This document shows positions 9,911 to 18,000 of a stretch of DNA of 64,000 bases, piece after piece. The number at the start of each line of letters is the position of its first letter. The stretch's first letter is position 1. The position numbers and the translations under genes are program-made. The notes beneath the pieces were generated by a model that saw nothing but the letters and a program-made list of their open reading frames with translations, was not told where the DNA came from and searched no databases. The stretch is from a bacterium (GTDB lineage Bacteria; Bacillota_I; Bacilli_A; Izemoplasmatales; UBA1188). The stretch spans positions 335-64,334 of the forward strand of contig JAFXYB010000002.1 of assembly GCA_017541975.1 (NCBI GenBank), in the 5' to 3' direction.

Positions 9911-10591
9911 ATGATGAATAAGAAAGAAAACTTCCTTAAAGGATTTATCAAAGAAAACCCATTATTTGTACTGCTTCTTGGTACATGTCCTGCCCTTGCA
10001 ATTACTACATCCCTTGAAAATGCTCTTGGAATGGGTGTTGCATTCATATTCGTACTCGTAATGAGTAATACTATTATTTCTCTAATCAATTCATTCAAAA
10101 AACTAAAAGAATTAATTCAACCAGTTAGAATTGCAGTTTATATTGTAATAATCGCAAGCCTTGTAACAATCGTAGAAATGCTTATGCAAGCATATCTTCC
10201 AGATTTATATAATTCACTCGGTGTATTCATATCTTTAATTACCGTTAATTGTATAGTTCTTGGAAGAGCCGAAGCATATGCTTCATCAAATACCGTAGGT
10301 GATTCTGTAATAGATGGTATATCAATGGGCCTTGGTTATACACTTGCCTTAATTATCATATCTATAGTGAGAGAATTACTCGGTAACGGTACAATTACTA
10401 TTTGGGGTGATTTACAGCTCAACCTACAAGGTGTATTCGATTTTCTACATATTACAACCATTTCATTCTTTACATCTAGTGCTGGTGCATTTATGGTTTT
10501 AGGTATCGTCCTTGCGATAATGCAAGCAATAAAAAACGGTAAAGAAGAAAAAGCAAAAGAAGCTGAAAAAGCGAAGAAGGAGGTTAAATAA
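9911..10591 (+). CDS. rnfE: Rnf complex subunit E
   Basis: ATG at 9911 follows AGGAGG. LLGTCPALAITTS motif of the NqrD/RnfE family. Lys/Glu-rich C-terminal tail. Confidence 0.9.
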   Translation: MMNKKENFLKGFIKENPLFVLLLGTCPALAITTSLENALGMGVAFIFVLVMSNTIISLINSFKKLKELIQPVRIAVYIVIIASLVTIVEMLMQAYLPDLYNSLGVFISLITVNCIVLGRAEAYASSNTVGDSVIDGISMGLGYTLALIIISIVRELLGNGTITIWGDLQLNLQGVFDFLHITTISFFTSSAGAFMVLGIVLAIMQAIKNGKEEKAKEAEKAKKEVK

Positions 10592-10593
10592 TT

Positions 10594-11286
10594 ATGTCAT
10601 TTAGTCAAATAATCTTCATCATTTTCTCTTCAATGCTTCTTGAAAACGTTATTCTATCTCAATTCCTTGGAATTTGTTCATTCCTCGGAGTTTCTAAGAG
10701 TAGAAAGAGCGCAGTTGGTATGGGCTTATCAGTTGTTGCAGTAATCGTTATCGCCACAACTGTCACATGGCTAATATATAATTATGTATTAGTATTATTT
10801 GATTTAGTATATCTAAAGACCATTGTGTTTATATTAGTAATCGCATCACTAGTACAAATTATTGAAATAATCATTAAGAAGTTCGTTCCTACCCTCTATA
10901 AATCTCTTGGTATTTATTTACCACTTATTACGACAAACTGTGCCGTTCTTGGCGTTGCCATTAAAGCTGCGCAAAATGGTTTAACATTCTTCCATATGCT
11001 TCTTTATGCACTTGGATCTGGACTTGGTTTCTTATTAATAATGTTTATCTTCAGTTTCTTAAGAGAAGAATTAGATAAGAGAAAAATACCTAAAGCAATG
11101 AGCGGTATTCCAATTGCCCTTGTGGTTGCATCTATTCTCGCGATTATCTTCTCAAGATATGTAGGTATCGTAAAAGAAAGCGATAATAACGAAGAAAAAG
11201 AACTTCCACGCACAACTAATGTAATTATTATGCATAATGCTCCTAGTGAAGACTATTTAAATAATATTATGAGGAGGATGAAATAA
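10594..11286 (+). CDS. rnfA: Rnf complex subunit A (with ~40-aa C-terminal extension)
   Basis: ENVILSQFLGICSFLGVS and PLITTNCAVLGVA motifs of the NqrE/RnfA family. Confidence 0.9.
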   Translation: MSFSQIIFIIFSSMLLENVILSQFLGICSFLGVSKSRKSAVGMGLSVVAVIVIATTVTWLIYNYVLVLFDLVYLKTIVFILVIASLVQIIEIIIKKFVPTLYKSLGIYLPLITTNCAVLGVAIKAAQNGLTFFHMLLYALGSGLGFLLIMFIFSFLREELDKRKIPKAMSGIPIALVVASILAIIFSRYVGIVKESDNNEEKELPRTTNVIIMHNAPSEDYLNNIMRRMK

Positions 11287-11567
11287 TGCCAATTCTAATC
11301 GCAGTATTAGTTATGCTTGTTTTGGGTTTTGTACTAGGGTTTATAATTGCACTAGTATCAACTAAATTCCATGTAGAAGAAGATACAAGACTCACAACTA
11401 TTGCATCTCTCCTTCCTGGTGCTAACTGTGGTGCATGTGGAAATCCTGGTTGCCAAGCCTACGCACAAAAAATCTTTGATAAAGAATCAGATGGTAATGA
11501 TTGCACCGTTATAAAAGGCGAAGCAAAAGAAAAACTACTTGAATATATCAAAGAGAATATAAATTAA
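11286..11567 (+). CDS. rnfB: Rnf complex subunit B, minimal 93-aa form
   Basis: N-terminal TM helix, then LPGANCGACGNPGCQAYA...C, the N-terminal Fe-S domain of RnfB. No ferredoxin-like 4Fe-4S domains follow. Confidence 0.8.
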   Translation: MPILIAVLVMLVLGFVLGFIIALVSTKFHVEEDTRLTTIASLLPGANCGACGNPGCQAYAQKIFDKESDGNDCTVIKGEAKEKLLEYIKENIN

Positions 11568-11602
11568 CTTAAAAGATTTATCTTTTGCCTATTTATTTTT
11601 GT

Positions 11603-11631
11603 TTGACAAAAAAAGATATTTGTCTTACAAT
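11603..11631 (+). promoter_or_regulatory. Sigma-A type promoter for tRNA-Lys
   Basis: TTGACA (11603-11608), 17-nt spacer, TACAAT (11626-11631), about 20 nt before the tRNA 5' end. Confidence 0.7.
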
Positions 11632-11652
11632 AATCTAGACAAAAGATAATAT

Positions 11653-11728
11653 GGACCTTTAGCTCAGTTGGTAGAGCAACTGACTCTTAATCAGTGGGTC
11701 CACGGTTCGAGTCCGTGAAGGTCCACCA
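11653..11728 (+). tRNA. tRNA-Lys (anticodon CUU), CCA encoded
   Basis: 76 nt. Acceptor GGACCTT/AAGGTCC, D-arm AGCTCAGTTGGTAGAGC, anticodon stem ACTGA/TCAGT with loop CTCTTAA (CTT), T-arm CACGG-TTCGAGT-CCGTG, 3' ACCA. Confidence 0.95.
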
Positions 11729-11739
11729 CTTTGTCAATT

Positions 11740-11770
11740 ATCACTAGTCTTATGACTGGTGATTTTTTTA
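11740..11770 (+). terminator. Intrinsic terminator after tRNA-Lys
   Basis: ATCACTAGTC / GACTGGTGAT stem (one G-U pair), TTAT loop, followed by TTTTTTT. Confidence 0.8.
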
Positions 11771-11781
11771 TTTAAATTAAG

Positions 11782-11863
11782 TGCCAAAACGGCATATAAA
11801 CAAAAATCAAGTATGCCAAATTGGCATATTCTTATTGAATTAATGTGCCAATTATGTTATTAT
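11782..11863 (+). promoter_or_regulatory. Promoter with palindromic operators upstream of the HTH-MNT/HepT pair
   Basis: TGCCAAAACGGCA (11782-11794), the perfect palindrome ATGCCAAATTGGCAT (11813-11827), and a half site TGCCAATT (11846-11853) inside the spacer of TTGAAT (11835-11840) - 17 nt - TGtTATTAT (11855-11863). Confidence 0.6.
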
Positions 11864-11881
11864 ATTAGCGGAGATGATATT

Positions 11882-12361
11882 ATGAATATATTAGATATTA
11901 GAAATCAGTACAATTTATCGCAAAAAGAAGCAGCATCAATTATTAATATGCCACTAAGAACATTCATTCGTTATGAAAAAGATAACAGTTATGGCAACGA
12001 AATGAAAAGGCAGTCAATAATTAGAACACTTATTGAAAAAAATGAAATTACTGAAACGAAAGGCCTACTAACTATTGACCAAATTAAAGAATCATTAACG
12101 AAATTATTTGATGAAAAATACAAAGATCAAATTGAATTTTGCTATTTATTTGGAAGTTATGCGAAAGGATACGCTAAAGAATCTAGTGATATTGACTTAT
12201 GCATTGATACTTCATTAACGGGATTAAAATTTACTGGGTTAAGTGAATCAATAAGAGAAGCATTACATAAAAACATTGATTTAATTAGATTCTCAAATTT
12301 AGACAATAATATTGAACTAATTAGCGAAATAATGAAAGATGGTATTAAGATTTATGGATAA
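11882..12361 (+). CDS. HTH (XRE-like) + minimal nucleotidyltransferase (MNT) antitoxin
   Basis: ATG at 11882 follows GGAGA. N-terminal LSQKEAASIINMPLRTFIRYE helix-turn-helix, and nucleotidyltransferase motif FGSYAKGYAKESSDIDLCID. The longer track ORF (11759) overlaps the tRNA terminator. Confidence 0.8.
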   Translation: MNILDIRNQYNLSQKEAASIINMPLRTFIRYEKDNSYGNEMKRQSIIRTLIEKNEITETKGLLTIDQIKESLTKLFDEKYKDQIEFCYLFGSYAKGYAKESSDIDLCIDTSLTGLKFTGLSESIREALHKNIDLIRFSNLDNNIELISEIMKDGIKIYG

Positions 12362-12698
12362 TAACAAGGATGATAAATATTATGCAAAAAAAGCAATTGA
12401 AAATATTGCTGCCATAGAAAAATATATCTCAACCATTAGCTACGATCAATTTGTATTAGACGATGAACTTATAGATGCGGTTATGTTTAGGTTTATTCAA
12501 CTTGTTGAAAATATCAAAAACATATCTACAGAATTCAAAGAACAAAACAACGGCATCCCATGGGGAGACATTATTGGTTTTCGAAATGGTATAGTTCATG
12601 ATTACGGCCATACTGATTATAAAATAGTATATGAAACCGCTGTTAATGATTTAAAAGATTTAAGAATCGCTTTTGAAAATTATTATAATTTATGTTAA
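12339..12698 (+). CDS. HepT-like (DUF86/HEPN) toxin
   Basis: HEPN R-x4-H motif in FRNGIVHDYG. Overlaps the MNT gene. The alternative start ATG at 12354 overlaps the MNT stop. Confidence 0.8.
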   Translation: MVLRFMDNNKDDKYYAKKAIENIAAIEKYISTISYDQFVLDDELIDAVMFRFIQLVENIKNISTEFKEQNNGIPWGDIIGFRNGIVHDYGHTDYKIVYETAVNDLKDLRIAFENYYNLC

Positions 12699-12717
12699 AT
12701 TTATCAAAAAAACTAAT

Positions 12718-12740
12718 GACTTTGAAAATCAAAGTCTTTT
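12718..12740 (+). terminator. Intrinsic terminator after hepT
   Basis: GACTTTGA-aaa-TCAAAGTC followed by TTTT. Confidence 0.7.
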
Positions 12741-12751
12741 AAAATAATATG

Positions 12752-12778
12752 TGCTATAATAGTTAGCAGATGCTAACT
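12752..12778 (+). promoter_or_regulatory. Extended -10 promoter plus 18-bp perfect palindrome (putative metalloregulator operator)
   Basis: TGcTATAAT (12752-12760) is immediately followed by AGTTAGCA-GA-TGCTAACT (12761-12778), upstream of the HMA/ZIP gene pair. Confidence 0.5.
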
Positions 12779-12806
12779 GATGCTAGTGTCTTTCTTGGAG
12801 GTATTT

Positions 12807-13055
12807 ATGTATAAGTATATTCTAAAAGTATATGGAATGAGATGTGGAATGTGCGAAAGTCATATTAATGATGTTATTAGAAGGAATTTTAATGTAAAAA
12901 GAGTAAATTCATCACACATCAAAAATACTACAACTATATTCACAGAAGAAGAGTTATGTGAAGATGCAATTAGAAAAGTTATAGATGCAACCGGATATGA
13001 GTTAACCACAATAGAAAAGGCGGATGCCGTTAAAAAAGGCTTGTTTTGGAGGTAA
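12807..13055 (+). CDS. Heavy-metal-associated (HMA) domain protein
   Basis: ATG at 12807 follows GGAGG. GMRCGMCESH = GMxCxxC metal-binding motif. About 82 aa ferredoxin-like HMA size. Confidence 0.8.
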   Translation: MYKYILKVYGMRCGMCESHINDVIRRNFNVKRVNSSHIKNTTTIFTEEELCEDAIRKVIDATGYELTTIEKADAVKKGLFWR

Positions 13056-13057
13056 GT

Positions 13058-13843
13058 ATGGATAAATTTTACCCACTGATAGGTATATTATTGATTTTCG
13101 TATGTACCACAATAGGTGCCCTATTTGTATTTTTTATTCGTGATAAAAACATCTCTCCAAAATTAAATAAAATATTTATTGGTTTTGCAGCCGGAGTAAT
13201 GCTTTCTGCTTCGTTCTTTTCGCTCATTAAGCCAGCATTAGAATCAAATGTTGCATATATGCCAACTTGGATTATTGTTGCAATATCTATTGTTCTAGGT
13301 TCTTTGTTTTTGTTTGGAATTGATAAAATTGTTCCTCACCTTCATATTCAAGAAAATAAAGAAGAAGGTCTAATTAATAACCATATGTCTAAAACAAGCA
13401 AAATGTTCTTAGCGGTCACAATCCATAATATTCCAGAAGGACTTTCTGTAGGTATCGCTTTTGGTGTTGCACTTTCTATTCCTGATAACCACGCATTATT
13501 ACTAGGTGCATTGCTTCTTGCAATTGGTATAGGTATACAAAACATTCCAGAAGGTGCGGTTGTTTCACTACCTATAAAGGCAGAAACCGGATCTTCATCA
13601 AAAGCCTTTTTATTTGGTATGCTTTCAGGAGTGGTAGAACCAATTGCTGGTGTAATTGGTCTATTACTTGCTCTAAAAATTCAAGGCATAATGCCTTGGG
13701 CACTTGCTTTTGCAGCTGGTTGTATGATTTATGTTGTTGTTGAAGAGATGATTCCAGAAATGAAAGATGATGATCATGATCACTTTGGTGTTTGGTCATT
13801 TATCATTGGATTTGTAGTAATGCTTATTCTAGATTGTCTCTAA
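13058..13843 (+). CDS. ZIP family divalent metal transporter (ZupT/GufA-like)
   Basis: HNIPEGLSVG and QNIPEGAVVS signature helices, 8 predicted TM segments, His/Asp-rich DDDHDH segment. SD GGAGG lies inside the end of the HMA gene. Confidence 0.88.
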   Translation: MDKFYPLIGILLIFVCTTIGALFVFFIRDKNISPKLNKIFIGFAAGVMLSASFFSLIKPALESNVAYMPTWIIVAISIVLGSLFLFGIDKIVPHLHIQENKEEGLINNHMSKTSKMFLAVTIHNIPEGLSVGIAFGVALSIPDNHALLLGALLLAIGIGIQNIPEGAVVSLPIKAETGSSSKAFLFGMLSGVVEPIAGVIGLLLALKIQGIMPWALAFAAGCMIYVVVEEMIPEMKDDDHDHFGVWSFIIGFVVMLILDCL

Positions 13844-13909
13844 AAACATCACAAAAAATACATAAATTAAGAATATGTGTAGTTACACTACACTAAAAAA
13901 AGAAAACAA

Positions 13910-13938
13910 TTGACAAATTTGTTGAATAATGATATATT
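13910..13938 (+). promoter_or_regulatory. Sigma-A type promoter of the riboswitch/giant-protein operon
   Basis: TTGACA (13910-13915), 17-nt spacer containing TG, TATATT (13933-13938). Confidence 0.7.
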
Positions 13939-13964
13939 AACGTGGAAGCGTGAGAATATCATAA

Positions 13965-14045
13965 AATGCTTCATAAGGCAAAACTAGCGTAAGCTAGCGA
14001 CGCAAAGCTATAGGGTCTAATAAAGACAGCCAGTTGCAGTTTATC
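13965..14045 (+). promoter_or_regulatory. Candidate c-di-GMP-I (GEMM-I) riboswitch aptamer
   Basis: AAGGCAAAAC-CTAGC-GTAA-GCTAG-C-GACGCAAAGC-TATAGGGTC...GACAGCCAGTTGC. This matches the GGCAAAC / GNRA-capped helix / GACGCAAAGC signature of class I c-di-GMP aptamers (compare Vc2). Confidence 0.7.
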
Positions 14046-14080
14046 ACTCTTTTGTGATAGAAAAAGGCTGTCTTTTTATT
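14022..14080 (+). terminator. Riboswitch expression-platform terminator
   Basis: AAAGACAGCC (14022-14031) pairs with GGCTGTCTTT (14066-14075). Inner hairpin TATCAC/GTGATA, followed by TTTATTTT. The 5' arm overlaps the aptamer 3' half. Confidence 0.7.
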
Positions 14081-14107
14081 TTGAATCTAAGGAAAGGAGG
14101 AGTAGTT

Positions 14108-15049
14108 ATGAAATTATCTAGAAAAAAACTTATTTCAGCAATAGTAAGTTTATCTTTTGCTAGTCTACTTGCTTTCCTTACAATTTTCTTCTTCACTGAT
14201 TACTCTTTAGGTTGGTATTCAGAAAATAGATATGTACAATCAAGAGGAATTGGTATTACAGTCGAATCACAAAGTGCCGTTACAACTCTCTCATGTTATG
14301 CATTTAGATATGATGGTATGTTTGGGGCTGTTTGTTTAGACGTAAGTAATAACCCAGAAATTGCCATGTCTGAATATGACGTTATCTTCACTGATAAAAA
14401 CGTTAATACACCATTATTCTTTAGAGTTGTTGCACAAGGTATTCCAAACACTGAAGGTGGATATATTAGTGTTACAATTCCATGCACAACACCAAATTAT
14501 TCTCAATCATCAAACACAATAACTGCTGGTGATGGTCTTAATGCACAAGGCGTATTATCAAATGTTATCACATGTAAACTTGGTTGTGGATTAATTGAGA
14601 ATGCTAGAAGGGTTACAGACTCATATTTCCCTGTAGAAACTTCAGAAACTAGAGTGGAAGATAATGTCTCTATATTTACTGGTGTTCGTGATCTTATGAA
14701 ACCAGCTAATGCATCAGCAAACAAAGTTGTATCAGGAAAATACATCAATAATATTCAAAAAGATAATGATGGTAATATCACATCAGCCAGCAAAACAACC
14801 ACAGCCATTACTCTTACTCTAAATTATGAAGACTATGCCGATTATCTATGTGGCGTTGAATTAGATGAAGATGGAATAGTAACCGATTATGATTATGAAG
14901 CAGAAGAAAAAGATTGCTTAGTATTCTACATCGAAATAGATTACGACGACGATCTAGTAAACATGTTTAGATCTCATACAAGCGAAGATACTCTTGCAGA
15001 ATTCAGAAATGATATAGGAACAATATCTATAAAGGAAGTTTGGGGATAG
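14108..15049 (+). CDS. Hypothetical exported/membrane-anchored protein (313 aa), partner of the giant protein
   Basis: ATG at 14108 follows AAAGGAGGAG. N-terminal KK + hydrophobic segment + YSLGWYSE motif. No recognisable catalytic motif. Acidic C-terminus. Confidence 0.75.
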   Translation: MKLSRKKLISAIVSLSFASLLAFLTIFFFTDYSLGWYSENRYVQSRGIGITVESQSAVTTLSCYAFRYDGMFGAVCLDVSNNPEIAMSEYDVIFTDKNVNTPLFFRVVAQGIPNTEGGYISVTIPCTTPNYSQSSNTITAGDGLNAQGVLSNVITCKLGCGLIENARRVTDSYFPVETSETRVEDNVSIFTGVRDLMKPANASANKVVSGKYINNIQKDNDGNITSASKTTTAITLTLNYEDYADYLCGVELDEDGIVTDYDYEAEEKDCLVFYIEIDYDDDLVNMFRSHTSEDTLAEFRNDIGTISIKEVWG

Positions 15050-15051
15050 GA

Positions 15052-18000
15052 ATGAAAAAACTAAGAATTGAAACTTTCAAGTTGTTGCTTGTAATTGCTC
15101 TTATATTTGGGACAATCACCACATCTGTTTATGGTTGGTTCTCTAGTAAAGCAAACACAATCTCAACAAAAGTAACCGGAAGCATCGTGTTTGAATATTT
15201 CCATTGTGGCGACGGATCAGAAGAAAATCCGTTTGTTATAACACGCCCTATTCACTATTATCACATGGTTGAATTCTTCCAAAGGATTACAATTCTAGAT
15301 ATTGGAAATAATGAAAAGGCAAATTTTGGTAAAGACTATCTTTATTTCCAAATTGGATGTCCTCTTGCACAGCTCGGTGACCCAACAAATACAAATGGTC
15401 CTGTAGATGCAAATGACTGGTATGTATTTGATTATTCTAATACTGGTGGTGTAAACGAAAAAACCAACGCTCAGGGCGAAATAGTTGCCCCAGGAACAAA
15501 TGCTCTCGCATCTAAAACGCTCAATATGGCGTATTATTCAGGTGAAAGAGCCCTAATGCCAACAGGTTCATCTGAGGTTCCTTTCTTAGGATCAATCGAT
15601 GGCCATAAGATGACAATAGATAATCTACACATTGTATCTAGTTCAATAGTCAATGTCGTAGATGAACACGGAACAATACATTCAAATGTTCAAAGACATA
15701 CCGCAGATATGGGTGTGTTTGGTTGTGTAGCACAAGGCCTTGATTTAAATGAAGATGGTACAGTTGCGAATGTTGTTGAAAACGACGTAGTTACACTTCG
15801 TGAACAATCTTCAATCAAAAACTTATATATTACCAATGCAACAATAGACTTAGATGGTACTGCAACATCTACAGAAATAGTAGGCGATCTTCCAACTCTT
15901 CCAAATGGAGATCCAACTCACTCTAACGATTACCACCTAGTAAATGAAGATGGTGAAGTAGTAGAAGAAAACGGTACAGAAATTGCCTATGTTGGTTATG
16001 TTGCAGGTCACGTATTCTCAACAGACGATATCACAGACGTGTACGTAAATAATTGTAGAATAGTTGGTGGTACTGCATCCCTTACCGGCTATGGTTATTT
16101 TGGCGTTATCATCGACCCAACTACAGGTGACACGGTATCATCATTAGGTTCAGCAATTGCGAACATCTATACATCTGGTGATGGTAGCGGATTCGGTGGT
16201 AGTATTGGTATGACTGACCTCTTTACTAGAATTGGTAATGTGAGAGATGCATCATCAAACATTAGAAATATTACAGCTGAAACAGTAATTATTGATGAGG
16301 TTGCTGGTACAACAACCAGGATTGCAACTGCATATGCAAACCAAGATGCATATAACCCAAGTCGTTCAAGCAACAACAGTGAGTTTATACAATATCACTA
16401 TAGCCCTGAAAGCGGTCTTTATTATATCTTCTTTAGAGGAACCAACACTCAAGGCTATAACTATTTATGGGGCGAAAATACTCGTCTTCAAACCAAAACA
16501 GTAACCACCATAACATATGAAAAAGATCTAGATACTGGATCTTATAAAATGGTTGATGGTTATATTATTTATGAAGGATCACAAAACTATCTAGGAACAA
16601 GTGCTACAACTACAACTAGTGCAACCCTTGCAGGTGTAAGTCAAGCAAATGCAAGAATATTGTCTTTTGATGATAGTAATCACTTATATTTCATTGCACC
16701 AGTAAATTTCACTCAAAATTATGATTATCCATATAACGATAATGAAAATGGTGCAATCGATACTATTTTCTATCTAAATGCAGCAAATAATTACCTTGGA
16801 GTAACAGCAGCAAATAACGCTTCAACAACCTGGGCATTTGATGAAGATAATAGACTTTATACAACAAATAATCAAACAAGATACTATCTTGACTACAACA
16901 ATGATAATTGGTATCTAACACCAGTTACATCTTTCTCAATCTTTAAGGATGGCGAAGGCAATTATTTAAAAATTACTGGAACATCTCTTGATAATACAAC
17001 AGTAGAAGCTGATGCATCAAAATTAGAACTTTCAAATCCTGAAGCATCAACTACAATTACAACAATAATAAATGGTACAAGATACTACCTTAGAAGTAAT
17101 GCTGGCACACTCGAGTTAAACACAACTGCAAACAATCATCAATGGTCATATGATTCTACCAAAGGTGCATATTATATGACTTATGGGTCAACAAAATACT
17201 ATATCGCATGTGATGATGATGTATGGAAAATGAGACCAGAGGGATATAACTATCTGATATCTGATACTGGTAATTATTTAAATGCAACATCGACAACTGC
17301 ATTTACTAATGTTACCGATTCAACAGCAGCATCTTATTGGAATTTAGATCCTAATGCAGCCACTACAACAATTTCAACTATCATATCCGGTACAGTAACA
17401 TATCTCGGTGTAAATAATGGAAACTTAGTGCTTGGTACTGGATATAACACCTCTTGGACAAAAGAAGGTGATGCTTACTATACAACTATTGATGGAACTA
17501 AGTTCTATTTGGGTTTCGATGGCACATGGAAGATAGATTATTCAGGCTATAAACTTGGTGATGGAAACGGTAATTATATCAATGCATCATCAGCAACTGC
17601 AATTAATAATCAAACAAATGCTTCAAACGCTTCTACATGGTTATATGATCCAGATAGTGCAACTACTACAATTTATACATATGTAAATGGAACAAAGACA
17701 TATCTTGGAATAAATAATGGTGCTCTAGCACTAAATGCAAGTTATAGTACAACATCTTGGACTAAGGACAACGATGGATACTATATCACAAACACAGACG
17801 GCATTAAACAATATATTAGATATAACAATGGTTGGATTGTTCAAATAGATGGATATAAGATTAGTAATGGAGCTACTAACTATTTAACAGCAACAAGTGC
17901 AACTGCAACTGGCAATACAACAGAAGCAAATGCTGCTATATGGGTTCTTGATCCAGACAGTGCAACTACTACAATCTTTACTTATGTAAATGGTACCAAG

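Noticed and set aside
11759-11881. N-terminal extensions of track ORFs. Examples: 11759 for the MNT gene, 23 for mgtE, 14054, 15040, 33770, 45650, 48793 and 56525.
   Set aside because: The extensions overlap terminators, a tRNA terminator or upstream genes, and they lack an SD. Internal ATGs with good SDs and family-typical N-termini were used instead.
13877-13893. Hairpin GTGTAGT-tac-ACTACAC upstream of the riboswitch promoter, considered as the terminator of the ZIP gene or as an operator.
   Set aside because: On the + strand it is followed by an A-run rather than a T-run, so it is not a canonical terminator. A 7-bp inverted repeat alone is too weak to call a regulatory site.
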